DNA of 64,000 nt from Podospora anserina (Eukaryota), in NCBI GenBank assembly GCA_017654855.1, contig CM030336.1, positions 2,728,001-2,792,000 on the forward strand, read 5' to 3'. How positions within the stretch are numbered: position 1 is the stretch's first letter; each line of letters starts with the position of its first letter. A model generated the notes under the pieces. It was given only the letters and a program-made list of their open reading frames with translations. It made no database searches and had not been told where the DNA came from. Positions 38,731 through 50,116 of this stretch are shown here, one piece after another. Position numbers and translations under genes: made by a program.

Positions 38731-39676
38731 ATGGCCGAACGTTCAAATCTGACTTCAAGGGCTATCCCATCAATTACACTCCGTTTTCCAAGCTCTCCAG
38801 CTCCGACACCGTCCGACTTGCACGATGGAAATGCCGATACAAACCTAGCCATCGAACGCTTCCGAGTCTCCGGAGTTGCAGTCGTAGCTGGCGGAGCAGG
38901 CGATTTAAATGCTGCCTCCAGCAAAGCCCTTCTTGAACATGGACTCCAGAAACTAGCCATATTCGATGCCGCCACAGAAGATATAGCCAAGCCCGTCATC
39001 TTCCAGTTCAGTTCTGACTTCCCCTTTGCCAAGATCACATTCACCAAAGTCGATATCACTGATGCTGATGCTGTGGAGAAGGCAGTGGCCGCCGTTGTTC
39101 AGAACTCGGACCTATCACGATATTGGCCAACTTTGTCTGCATTGTGTGAGCGAGCATGCTATGCAGCACTCCATAGACTCGTGGAGGCAAACTCTCGAGG
39201 TTAACACCACCGGGTCATTAATCATTGCTCAGGCCGTTGCCAAAACAATGGCGGAGGCCAAAACAGGGGGCAGCATTGCTCGGGTGGCGAGCATATCGGG
39301 CACTTGGGTGAACTTCCCGCAGCTACAGGCTGGGTACAACGCTTCCAAGGCGGCTGTTATTATGATGAAGAGTTCTTTGGCTGTGGAGTGGGATCGGTAT
39401 GGGATTACGGTGAATACCATCAGCCCCGGCTATATGAACACCATTCTCAACGAGGGAGAGGGACTTGATGAGGTGAAGAAGATTTGGCTGGCCAGGAACC
39501 CGATGGGGAGGATTGGCGAGCGGGAGGAGCTGTGTGGTGCTGTGGTTCTTCTTGCTTGTCGAGCGGGAAGCCACATCACTGGGGCAGATATCGTTGTGGA
39601 CGGCGGTCAGTCTCTTTTGTGCTCTCGCTTTGAAGTCCTTTGGTGTATGAAAAGGAAAAGGCCATCAAACACATGA
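38731..39676 (+). pseudogene. Short-chain dehydrogenase/reductase (polyol dehydrogenase-like) pseudogene
   Basis: Degenerate Rossmann motif VAGGAGDLN, catalytic YNASK, VNTISPGY and HITGADIVVDGG. Two frameshifts lie at about 39100 and about 39145. Confidence 0.8.
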
Positions 39677-39932
39677 AGCTGGATTGTCAAATATGCACTC
39701 AACCTTTCCACAGAATTTGATGTTTCACTGTCGTCTCCAGACCAATTCCAAGCCCTGCAACTAATGCAGCAGGCCCAGTCTTCTGCCACGTGGCTACCCC
39801 GTGGCTACCCGGTGGCTCAAACTTGCCTACCACCTTCCTCCCCATGCTTACCTGCAGTGCCCCCACCGTACCACGCCAAGTGGCGTGATATGCCCAATCT
39901 CTGCCAATTGATATCATCAAACAAAGGAAAAC

Positions 39933-40039
39933 AGTCCCGTGGTCTAGTGGTTAAGATTTCGCTCTTATACCTTTAAGTCGTTTCACGGCTAACGGTCATG
40001 ATCAATGCGGATACCCGGGTTCAAACCCCGGCGGGACTA
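39933..40039 (+). tRNA. tRNA-Ile(TAT) with 35-nt intron (39970-40004)
   Basis: Acceptor stem AGTCCCG/CGGGACT, D arm GTCT-AGTGGTTA-AGAT, anticodon TAT at 39966-39968, T arm CCGGG-TTCAAAC-CCCGG, and a T5 terminator downstream. Confidence 0.85.
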
Positions 40040-40390
40040 ATAGTTTTTGTCTTTCCTTTTTGCAATGATTTTAGCCCCTACATCATGGAGACATTGAGTA
40101 GCTAAAGCTAGAGTTTGCAAAGTCGGCAGTGAAGAGCAAGACCTCCAAGGGTGTATATATTATTATTATATTTTGAAGGCTCTGAATATAACCCAGATAT
40201 ATATCAATAGCATTCGAGGCCTTGATCATCCTCTGTTGCAAGTCTCCATTACGTGTGCTGCGGCGTGACATCCTAAGCAGACAACACCCAAACGCCGTCC
40301 CCAGATCCCAGCGATATCCCTCCCCACATGATCCCTTAGATTCATCTTCCAAGTTCCATGAAAAACTCGTGATTCCCATGTGCTCCCCCC

Positions 40391-41251
40391 CTAGTGATGG
40401 AAACCCCCGTGACGTCTATTCCTAGGCCTCTGCCTTTGCCTCTGCCTCTCCGCCGCCTTCAACGCCTCCTCATGATAAAACGTCGCCCCCGTCACGGCCG
40501 CAACCCGGGTGAAGTCCTGTCCCAACTCCCCCGTTGCTCCGCTCCCCCACCATTGAAAGAAGAACACTGGCTTCCCCCACCCGAAATTCCTCGCGTACGC
40601 CCAGGAGGCGACGATTTCCCGGCCTTGCTTGTCGTAACCGAGTGGTGTTTCCTCCCCCTTTTTACCCTTGGGTTGGACACCCCGTCCTGTGACCCTCACG
40701 AGGTAATACCCGCCCCCTGCCCCCATCCGAGGGGATTTCTCCCTGGTCATACCAGTACTGACAATAGGGTTTTCCCTCCTGCAGATTGTCCTTATCTCTT
40801 GCGTCAAGGCATCTGCCTTAATCCATTCAAATACTTCGTCTCGGGTATTAATTCTCATCCGGAACTGGTAGATGTCCTGACTGGTCTGGGGCATGTCGAT
40901 TGTTTCGTTGTGGGCGTTGGTGCGGTGGAGGATGATTTGGTAGTTTTCCGCGCCTTGGGCAGGGGTGCTCGTCCATTTGACGTTGCCAATTTGGGTGGTT
41001 GCTGTCCAGCCTGACTTGCGGTGTTGATGCTTGTGGACGGAGACGAGGGCGGGGGAGTTGTCTTTCTTGTGGGAGGTGGTGTGGAGAGATAGGCGGAGGG
41101 TGTCGCGGGTGGAGGAGTGTTTGGAGAGGTAGTGAAGGGGGGCTTTGTAGTTGGAGCCGGTGATTTTGAGGCCGCGGCCGGCGTTGCGGACGGCAAAGCG
41201 GTTGGGGAGGGAGTGAGGGCCGGGCACGTCGAGGGCGGGACCGGGCTTCAT
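40391..41251 (-). CDS. Hypothetical protein (286 aa)
   Basis: CAAAATG start and intact ORF. The C-terminal block REIVASW...FQWWGSGATGELGQDFTRVAAVT looks conserved. Confidence 0.75.
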   Translation of the reverse strand: MKPGPALDVPGPHSLPNRFAVRNAGRGLKITGSNYKAPLHYLSKHSSTRDTLRLSLHTTSHKKDNSPALVSVHKHQHRKSGWTATTQIGNVKWTSTPAQGAENYQIILHRTNAHNETIDMPQTSQDIYQFRMRINTRDEVFEWIKADALTQEIRTICRRENPIVSTGMTREKSPRMGAGGGYYLVRVTGRGVQPKGKKGEETPLGYDKQGREIVASWAYARNFGWGKPVFFFQWWGSGATGELGQDFTRVAAVTGATFYHEEALKAAERQRQRQRPRNRRHGGFHH

Positions 41252-41986
41252 TTTGATACCGAGTTTTGGTGATTTTATGAGTGATGTATGTGGGCTTGGA
41301 CGGACTGGAGATTCGAGGACTTCAGATAGGTGGGGGAGTTGAGACGGGACTTATATCCCATTTGCCATGCCCAGAAGAGGAAGCATGTTGGAAGTGGTTC
41401 GTGTGAGGTTTCATGCGCCCCGCGGCGGAGCTCGGTCACCCAGAAGCGGCTGCAAGAGACCACAGTGACAGCGCCTGGGAATGACCACAGGAGGGCACTT
41501 TCATGAATGCGAGATCCAGTCCGCGGAGTGGGTCTGAAGCCGGTGGTGGTCGGGGTGGGGCCGCCTTTCCGGGCCGGGTGGATCATGTTCCAAGAACTCA
41601 GCCGGGCCCAACAAGAACTTGAGACGGCAAAGCCACCCTGGTCAGTGTGAGACTTGAGTTGGACCAGTCATTAGTTGACCAAAAGAAGATATCGCCAGGT
41701 TGGATGATTACCGACTCGGTCGCTTCACCGCGCCAGGTGGTTGCTGGCACATGCAAAGAGTGTGCACAGCAGAGTGAGGTGGTGAGCCAGTTGCATCTCC
41801 CAGTGTCGAGGTGTGTGTGTGCGGTTGGAGAGCATGTAGGTGGAGCCATTTGTGACAGGTCTTCAGCAAGTAGATGGGAAACCTCAAACCTGTGTTCGCA
41901 ATCTTGAAAGGTCTACATTTGCTGAGAGGGGAAACCCTGCTATCGAAATGTTCTCAAGTTCCAACACCAGCTGACATCTCAATTCA

Positions 41987-42075
41987 GCCCGTATAGCTCA
42001 GTGGTAGAGCGCATCACTCGTAAGACATCTCGACTTGACATGATGAGGTCCGCGGTTCAATCCCGCGTGGGGGCA
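41987..42075 (+). tRNA. tRNA-Thr(CGT) with 17-nt intron (42023-42039)
   Basis: TAGCTCAGTGGTAGAGC A box, anticodon stem CATCA/TGATG, CGT at 42019-42021, T arm CGCGG-TTCAATC-CCGCG. Confidence 0.88.
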
Positions 42076-43674
42076 TAATCCTTACCTTTTGGTATTTGAA
42101 GCCTATATAGTTAGGGGAGAAACCTTTCCTCCGTCCGGTCACGTTTGTTTTACCTCCAAAATTCAAGTTAACAGGCGTGGCGGAATGATATTTTTGAATC
42201 CGATCCTAAAATGCGGATGGGACGTGCGCACGGAGCCGGGCCGGCCAGTATGGCCCGTGCATTACCGCCGAACTGTTGTGGATCAGCGACGGCACCCCTT
42301 CCAGAATGCACCGGCGGCAGTCTTGTTGATACGAGGTTTTTGGTTCTCGAGCTAGCCACGGAGGACGGCAAGGCGAGTGGAGATGTCCTTGCAAAGCCTC
42401 CCGTTTCAACTTGTTAGTGCTGACATCTGGTGGATAAGCCGAGTGAGGATGGTGTAAACTTTGACTTCTCGATAGACAGCACAAATGGCCAGTGAAGGCG
42501 GTAAAATATCTCTGTTAACCTTTTGGACTTCCCCAGGCCTTCGTGAGAGCGGCAATCAGTCGAAGAAAAGGTTCATGTCGCGTCTTATCGATACGCGCGT
42601 CAGATCGCACTGGGAAAATACTGGGTGCCTGAAATCCTTCTCCCAATGCGACAACTTGGCACCCAGCCAATGACACCATCTTCTGGAACCAACAACCAAC
42701 AGACTGTCAGCCCACTGGCACTGCTTGGCTAACCCTCTCAAATTCGGAACTTGCACGAGCAAATCTGTTTATGGTGAGGATTTGTCCTTATGATAGCAAG
42801 AAACTGTTGTTTTGGCGATGCAATGTTGACTGTTCGCGCCTAAAATCTCATGTGTCAAATGCGCCGGTGATGTCATCGATCCATTCCACCACAGGAGCTC
42901 CATCCCCACGTTTGCGGGACTGCCCCGCTGTTGTTTATCAGGACGGCTGGCAGGTACACACTCAATTGGCTCATCTCTTTAAAGTAGAACAGCTAGCAAT
43001 ATTCTCTTGTGAATGAAACAGGCTGTTGGCATCGTTGGACTAGTTTCAGGGTCCAGGAAGACGCCGTCCGTACGCCAGTGATGATAACCGTTGACGAACA
43101 CACTGCTTTTCAAACGGCTTCAAAGCCGCTGTTTGGAACTTGTGTCCTAGCCTTCGCAGCTCAGCAACCAATCATGAAGAGTCTGACACTGTCCAACGCG
43201 GCTTGGAAATCGGTACACCCCATGTCACCTCGCCCTGCCTCGTACTAAACCCCGATCCCAGGTCCACCATGCCCCCAATCCCGCCCGGTTGGGAGAATTT
43301 TGAACTTTTTTGTCCCCCTTTTTGTCCGTTGCGATTTAACTCTCAACATTCGGCCGGACCATACCACGCCGTCCTCTGCGATCCAGCCTCGGCAGCGGCC
43401 GTCCTTATGCCTTGCAGACCACTCCAGTGCTGCCAGCAATTGCCAACTGCCGAATCCGTCACCCGCTTGAACGTCAGGTCGGTGTCTGCTCGATAACGCG
43501 ACCAGTCATCGATCCATCGAACGCTCCTGTCGCATCAATTCCACCATCATCCAGGAATCTCACTCACCCATGAACTCTCTGGCGACCTCACTTTGAGAAC
43601 AAATTCTTCAACCTCCCAACCCCCCAGGGCTCACGACCCTCACCAGTGGCCCTCGGTGGCCCCCAACTCTCAAA

Positions 43675-45148
43675 ATGCTCATCTCCATGCCCAGTCCCCG
43701 CCAGCTCATCACCATCCTCTCCGCCGCCCTCGCCAGTCTCCTCATCCTAAGCCTCATCATCCCCTCAAGCCGCGACACCGTCCGCGACCTCGTCCGCGAA
43801 AAGCTCCCCGGCGTCGACAACAAACCCTCCTCCAACAACGAAGAAAAGCGACCCAAATACAAACCCACACCAACCTACACTCCTCCTCCAGTAAAAGAAA
43901 ACTTCCCCCTCCTCGCGACATCCACCCCGCCCCCGATCCCAAAATGGAACGTTCCTCCCCCCGACCTCCACCAGGAATACGATCTCCCCGTCGCGCCCCC
44001 CCTCTTGATCGGATTCACACGCACCTGGCCTCTGCTCCAACAAGCTGTGGTATCCTACATCACTGCCGGCTGGCCCCCAAGCCAGATCTATGTTGTTGAA
44101 AACACGGGGGTCCAACAGTCGAATGTCAGGGGTCAACTCTCGCTTCAAAACCCCTTTTACCTCAACCACGCCGCGTTGAAGAAACTGGGCGTCAACGTCG
44201 TCACCACTCCGACACTTTTGTCTTTTGCCCAGATGCAGAATTTTTTCTTGAGTTTGACATACACCCACAAATGGCCTTACTACTTTTGGTCGCACATGGA
44301 CGTCGTAGCCTACGCCTACGAAGACGGGAAGCCGGGTCTGAGCGGGAAATACAACGAGAAGAACTACAAATCCCTGTACGAACTCGCTCTTGTTGCGCTG
44401 AAGGAAGCAAGAGAGAAGGATGATAGGTGGGGAATCAGGTTTTTTGCTTATGACCATCTCGCGCTGGTGAACCCAGCTGCGTTTGAGGATGTAGGAGGAT
44501 GGGATACGCATATCCCTTATTATATGACTGATTGTGATATGCACTCCAAGTTGATTATGAGGAACTGGACGCAGAAGGATGCCAAGGCGGGGATTATCAC
44601 CGATGTGGCGAGCGCGCTGGCGGATTTGAGTGTTTTGTATAGACTGGAGGGGGGGCCGGAGCCGAGTTTTGTTGATCCAAATCCGCCTCCGCCGAAGAAG
44701 GAGGAAAAGGAGAGGAGGGGGAAGAGTAGGATTAAGAGGGTGGGTTATGGGGAGGATGGGGGGCCGTTGCCGGCGGATAGAGATAAGAGGGAGGAGGATC
44801 CGAATTGGAGGAAGTGGAGGAATTTGGTTATTACGGCTGATAAGCAGTTTCGTGAGTTTTTTTTTTCCTTTTTGGTCTTGTGATGTTGGGATGGAAGACT
44901 GACTTGAGGTGAATTAAACAGAACATAAACATGGGGATAGGGAGAGGAATACTTGGCAACTTGGGCAGCAGGGTGGGAAGGGGGAGCCGTTTTATTATCC
45001 GGCCGTTGGGTTGGCAAAGTCGATTGAGCTGATGACGGAGACGGGGAGGGAGGTTTTCAGGCAGAAGTGGGGACATAGAGGGTGTGATTTGGTTTCGGGG
45101 GCTAAGTTGAAGTATGATGATGCTTGGATGGTGGAGAAGGATTGGTAG
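43675..45148 (+). CDS. Type II membrane protein, putative glycosyltransferase
   Basis: N-terminal transmembrane helix and Pro-rich stem; LLIGFTRTWPLLQQAVVSY, YFWSHMDVV, VGGWDTHIPYYMTDCD. Intron 44852-44921 joins a last exon ending WMVEKDW*. Confidence 0.8.
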
Positions 45149-48100
45149 ATGGGTAAGGGAAGGGAGTTTTGGTTGGTGAATTTTAATGGTTTTATGAATA
45201 GGGTGTTTTCTTGTATGATATATAGATATGAGTGAGGGATGGATGTATATCTCGGTCTTGTAATACACATATTATGTGAGATGGATGGGACTGATATCGA
45301 TACCTCCCTGGATACGTTTCGCTAGGCTGGAGGTTGAAAAAACAATCAACGTGGGAGTTTCCAACTTTGGGCAGAAAGACAAGTCTAAGTCAAGGCTGTT
45401 GATCAATGTCTTGTAAAAGTCTAGAGACCCTCCACAGGCTACAAAGGTTACTGCAGTCTGTAGTTACCTACCATCAAGCCTTGTCGACCCTTCCGCACTT
45501 ACAGTGAGTGGTTTCATACAGACCAAAGGTAGTGTTCTTTAGGGTTGGGTACCCCATATAAAGGTTTCAGTTCAAGCTTCCCTAGCTAAGATTGAAGACT
45601 TCAAATACTCAGATCAACCGTGTGACTTATTCTATACTTGTGTTACCAAGATGTCTCGGTCTTGTCCGGGTTGCACCAGTTTCCCCTGGTCATAATACGG
45701 GACCGCGGCATGGATAGGTACCTGGTCACAACTTGAGGGAGAAGAAAAATGGGATATGTGGAAGTAGAATACACAGAATTATGGCCATGAACTAGACATA
45801 ACACAGTCGATATTTGGATAAACCAAAGAAGGCGAGACGAAGTAATTTGGTCAGCCATTGGCGTTTGCGTATGGGGTTGTGGTGTGACATGGTTGACACC
45901 AAAGGACTATCAAGTCGAGCAGTTATATTTCCCAGTAGATGGTGAGGATACACGACGCTTAGCCACTCCTCACTACCTAGATCCAGTCTACTTCTTGATA
46001 TCACCCCATATTCATAATGATGAAGCTCATGACCACACAATGACCCCTCGCCACAACTGTCTCTCCACCGTTTAACCATGAACAGCACCGTCCACGATAA
46101 CCTACCTTTCCTGACCGTCTCTACCCATACCCTCAAACCTCCAAGATCCCAGTGTCCCGATCATCGGACCCCCAATTCCCAAATCTGGGGTCCAAAGCGC
46201 GGGAGCATCAAGGGACCAAAAGTGACGTCATTGTTTTGTGCGATCAAGGCGGCGCGCCGGCACCAAAACCTTTCTTGTCTATGCACCCCGCAATCTTGGA
46301 CAAGCTTGACAAGGCCCCTGGATTTTCTTTCTTTTACATACAGGTTTCAACTTTGACGGGTAGAGTTCGTCATTCTCATGCCATGGGTGATGCGGTGGTT
46401 ATTGTTGGTTTTTGAGATGCGTCGTAAGCCTGGCAATCGGGAATCGCTAAATATTTTGAGTGTGGCGCATGGCCGGGCTGATGAAGAATCGCGGGGTAGT
46501 ATTCGGGAGATCCGTGCAGATTGAGGTTGGGATTCTGGAATTGGCTATGAGGTTTTCGATAAAATAGACTCACCGCTGGAGAGGCGATTATTGCATCGCG
46601 ATGGGTTGCAGTAGGTGGGAATGATGGTGGTGGTTGTTAGAAGCTTATTTTAGGTGCGTCGATATTAGGCTTGCTGCAGGATATCTAGCTGAAGCTTTTG
46701 CTGCTGCAGACGGACGGATGGTCTGTGTTGTTCTGGGCTTGAGGAGAGCTGAATATGAGAGACATGGTCGCGGTGAGGATTGGGGAATCAATGACGAGAT
46801 TGAACGTATCATCTGATCCCAACTCCATGTTCTGGAGAGCAGTCGCAAGATATTTGCATGTGATGTTCTGGCGTCTTCTGAGATGGTGGGGAAGTTGGTG
46901 AGTATGCTGGGATCAAGGTGGGGGAACAGTGAGGGCAGGACAAACGGAGGGTGGGGTGGACAAAACGGAGAGGGTATTGAACTTGAGAAGCAATCGCTTA
47001 TTAGCAAGAGTTCGAAGATGGCGATTAATCTGCACAGAATCGAAACTTGATAAACTTTCTTTGGTATCGATATTCTCCGCAATGCCCCAAGATAACATGC
47101 CTGACCAAGAAGGAAGGCGCAGGGCCTCACTTACATGAGTTTAAGCTCACATAAGGTACGGATGTCCGCTTCAGGAAGGACGGCGGTTTGCTACACGCGG
47201 CATGCAGGTGGCATCGCTGTGCTACTGCATGTCAACTCTAGCCAAGGAATTTCCACTAGATTGTCGCCGTAATCGAGCCTGGTGGTCATCAAGCACATAG
47301 GCAAGAAAAGAATGGAAGCAGTCGATGTCCCGCAGGCTCAGCCCTATGGCGTTGACAGCAAATAGCCACCACTTGGCCCGAGCTTTGCGCCCCGTCACTG
47401 TGGAAGACTCAGCTGTGAAACGGAGTTGGGGGCGGTCAACGCCCAACTGTCGTGGCAGACCAAACATGGTGACCCGTGGACGACACAAGGAACAGCTCAG
47501 AGAATGGGATTCTAAAAGACAAGAAATCATGTTGTACAGCATGCGTGTCATCGAATCCCGACGAGGTCCCATCTGCTCCCAACTTCGGGTTTGGCAGCCG
47601 ATACCCAAAGCGGACTTTTGGACATGGCTCAGCGTTGACCCGATCTCTGACGCTGTCATTATCGCCGGGAACATCGTGGCAATTTTCCGCCATTAAATCA
47701 TAATGGAAGGCGGTCCCGTCATGCCTGGTTCATGTACTGCGTACTGTTGTCTCATCTCAAACTATTTTTTTTAACAGATGAACCTGTGGTAGTGCTAGGA
47801 ATAGAAATACCTTGCACGACAGTTCAACGTTGGGATTTAGTGTCGCGTCTTGACAGCCTGCTAACTATCGGCGATAACACACCGAATATTCAACACCACT
47901 GCCCATCGTCAGTTTTTAGTGATCGCCCCGAGAGACCCTGGATCTTCAACGTCGACAAGTGACCAAAAAACCAGATCCGGGATACCAAGCCAGGGGGATT
48001 TCAGCGCTGAGGTGCAGACTTTGCGTCATAGTTGAGCTGTCAGTGGTAGTGCAGCAACCCCAACTCCCGTTCCCGCCAGCATCCGGGCAGATCCATCACC

Positions 48101-49665
48101 AACACCCCAACGCGTCCCGCTCAGCACTTCCGATCGCCGGCAGCTGCCCGTTAGTTAACAGGGTGCCATCCACCGTCCGGACACCGCTCCAGCCTCGAGG
48201 TCCGGATACATAGTGCGGCAGTGAGACATTGCTTCATTGTCATTACTACTTCGTATTTCCGCGGCATCTGCAAATAAACGGTTATTAGTTTCCACGACTC
48301 ACTTTGGCGGCTAGAGCGTGGTACGAGCAGGACCACCTCACCTCAGCAACACTGTCTCTGCCGCCGTCAATATTTTGGCGGGGCAGCGCCTGCAATCATA
48401 GCAGCGGGACTTAGTGTTCCGCAAAACCTGGGTTCGCCCTTGCGCAAAGAGCCGGCAGCATTGAGAGCAACAGATCCGAAAAGAAGCCAAGTCCCGCTGC
48501 TATAACTTGTTGTATGTCCTCCCGAAAAACTTGAAAAGTCTTCAGCGATTCTCTTTGCAGTGGCGGCGGCGATACTCCGGCTCTGTCTGTCCGCCTCACC
48601 AAAACGTCATCGCTCAGCTCGTCGCGTTTCCCTGCTCGCTTTGGTCCCAAGATACGACCGATACGCTTATGCGACAAATCATTGATCATTTGCACGGTAA
48701 TCTGACTGCTCAAGTGTTTTGCATTTATTTATCTGGCTGCTTTGTCCGCCCGCCCTGCCCACGAGGTCCCATTGTTCCCCCCATCTGACACTTTTTTAGC
48801 GTGTCCTGTCCACCAACCCCACCATCAAATCTTCAGCACCGAGTTAAAAAACGTTCTCCGATATCGAATTGCGCCGACCGAGGCCCGTGTTCCGTCGAAT
48901 AAGTCGCAGCCACAGCCACCGGACGCATTGAGAGACGCCTACCTATCTTTTCGGCCCTTTCACCTTGTTATCACCGGTCACCACCGATATCTATACATAT
49001 CATATCGCGACAATTCCCCTGCTGGTGTCCACCACAAGACTCGAACATTCCCAGACGGGCAGCTCAACTCCACAACTCCGTTTTTACCCCGCGCAACAAG
49101 GCAGGGATTTTGGCTTTTGGCGAAACGTCGCCCTGCTGTACCCCGCGTTTTGCCCACCCTCTCTGCCTCTCTGGACAGCACTTATACCCCGCGACCTGAC
49201 GACGCACAAACAACGCGCCTTGTCAGCCAGCCTCCCCCGAACTCCTTGAGCAATCATCTCAACCTTTTCGCCCTTTTTTTTGTGTCTCGGGCAGCCGCCC
49301 CTCAGCACCCAGTGAGTTGTTGCTCTCCTGTCGCCCCGCCCTGCAACCGTCCTCTGACCGCCTCTTCATCTTCAGGTCTGCTGGCCAAGCATTTTGATGA
49401 CTTGTGTCACTGCAAAGTCAGTCAGACGGCAGCCCAACAACAAGGCACTTGTGTAGGATCGCCCTTACCGAGCCTCCCGTTTGCCTTATTAGGCAGGCCA
49501 CCCCGCCTCTCCCACCACCACAAAGACGCCGACCCCTTTCACCAGAGCCTCACAAAGCATATAAAGCAACAAAGAGAGACCGAACCCCTCCTTTGTGTGC
49601 CACGTGGTTTTATATTTTGTCCTGTCTTTTCTACAGTTCCTCCCCACTTCAACACCACACGCGCA

Positions 49666-50019
49666 ATGTCGTCTCCACAGGGCTCACCAAACGACATGAA
49701 CGCCCAGTCATACATGCTCGTCCCCAACCTCCACGTGCCAGACGCAAACACCAGCGAGATGGACCTGAACAGCCACTCATGGATGATGGCCACCGTCATC
49801 GAAGATGATGACTTGATGTTTGGCGGCAAGCCTCTCAGTGCTTGGTATGAGGAGGACCGCCGCAGATTCAGCTCTGGCCAAGACGAGGAGGAAGAACCAA
49901 GGGGCCGACAGAGGGAGCGCACCGAGAGCTCAACCCACCACTCGCATCAGCACCATCCCCAACAACCACAACAACATCGCCACCACGGAAAGAACACCAA
50001 AGACCCAAAGCAACAATAA
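49666..50019 (+). CDS. Small hypothetical protein (117 aa)
   Basis: ATG at 49666, motif IEDDDLMFGGKPLSAWYEEDRRR...RGRQRER, and a probable 5'UTR intron at 49311-49376. Confidence 0.7.
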   Translation: MSSPQGSPNDMNAQSYMLVPNLHVPDANTSEMDLNSHSWMMATVIEDDDLMFGGKPLSAWYEEDRRRFSSGQDEEEEPRGRQRERTESSTHHSHQHHPQQPQQHRHHGKNTKDPKQQ

Positions 50020-50077
50020 AAACCTTTCCGCTTATCGATATCGTTCCCTCAGGCAGTCTCACAATGTCTGACGCATT

Positions 50078-50116
50078 GCATGTCTGTCCCACCTGGCATG
50101 TCTGTCCCACCTGGCA
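50078..50116. repeat. 18-bp perfect tandem duplication GCATGTCTGTCCCACCTG
   Basis: Two adjacent exact copies plus GCA, in the presumed 3'UTR. Confidence 0.9.

Noticed and set aside
45450-45735. Possible additional solo LTR (TATAAA, ends GGTCACA)
   Set aside because: I could not find matching termini or a TSD.
48742-49665. N-terminal 300 aa of the 425-aa ORF
   Set aside because: Non-ATG start, UTR-like composition, and it crosses a probable intron; only the part from 49666 is credible.
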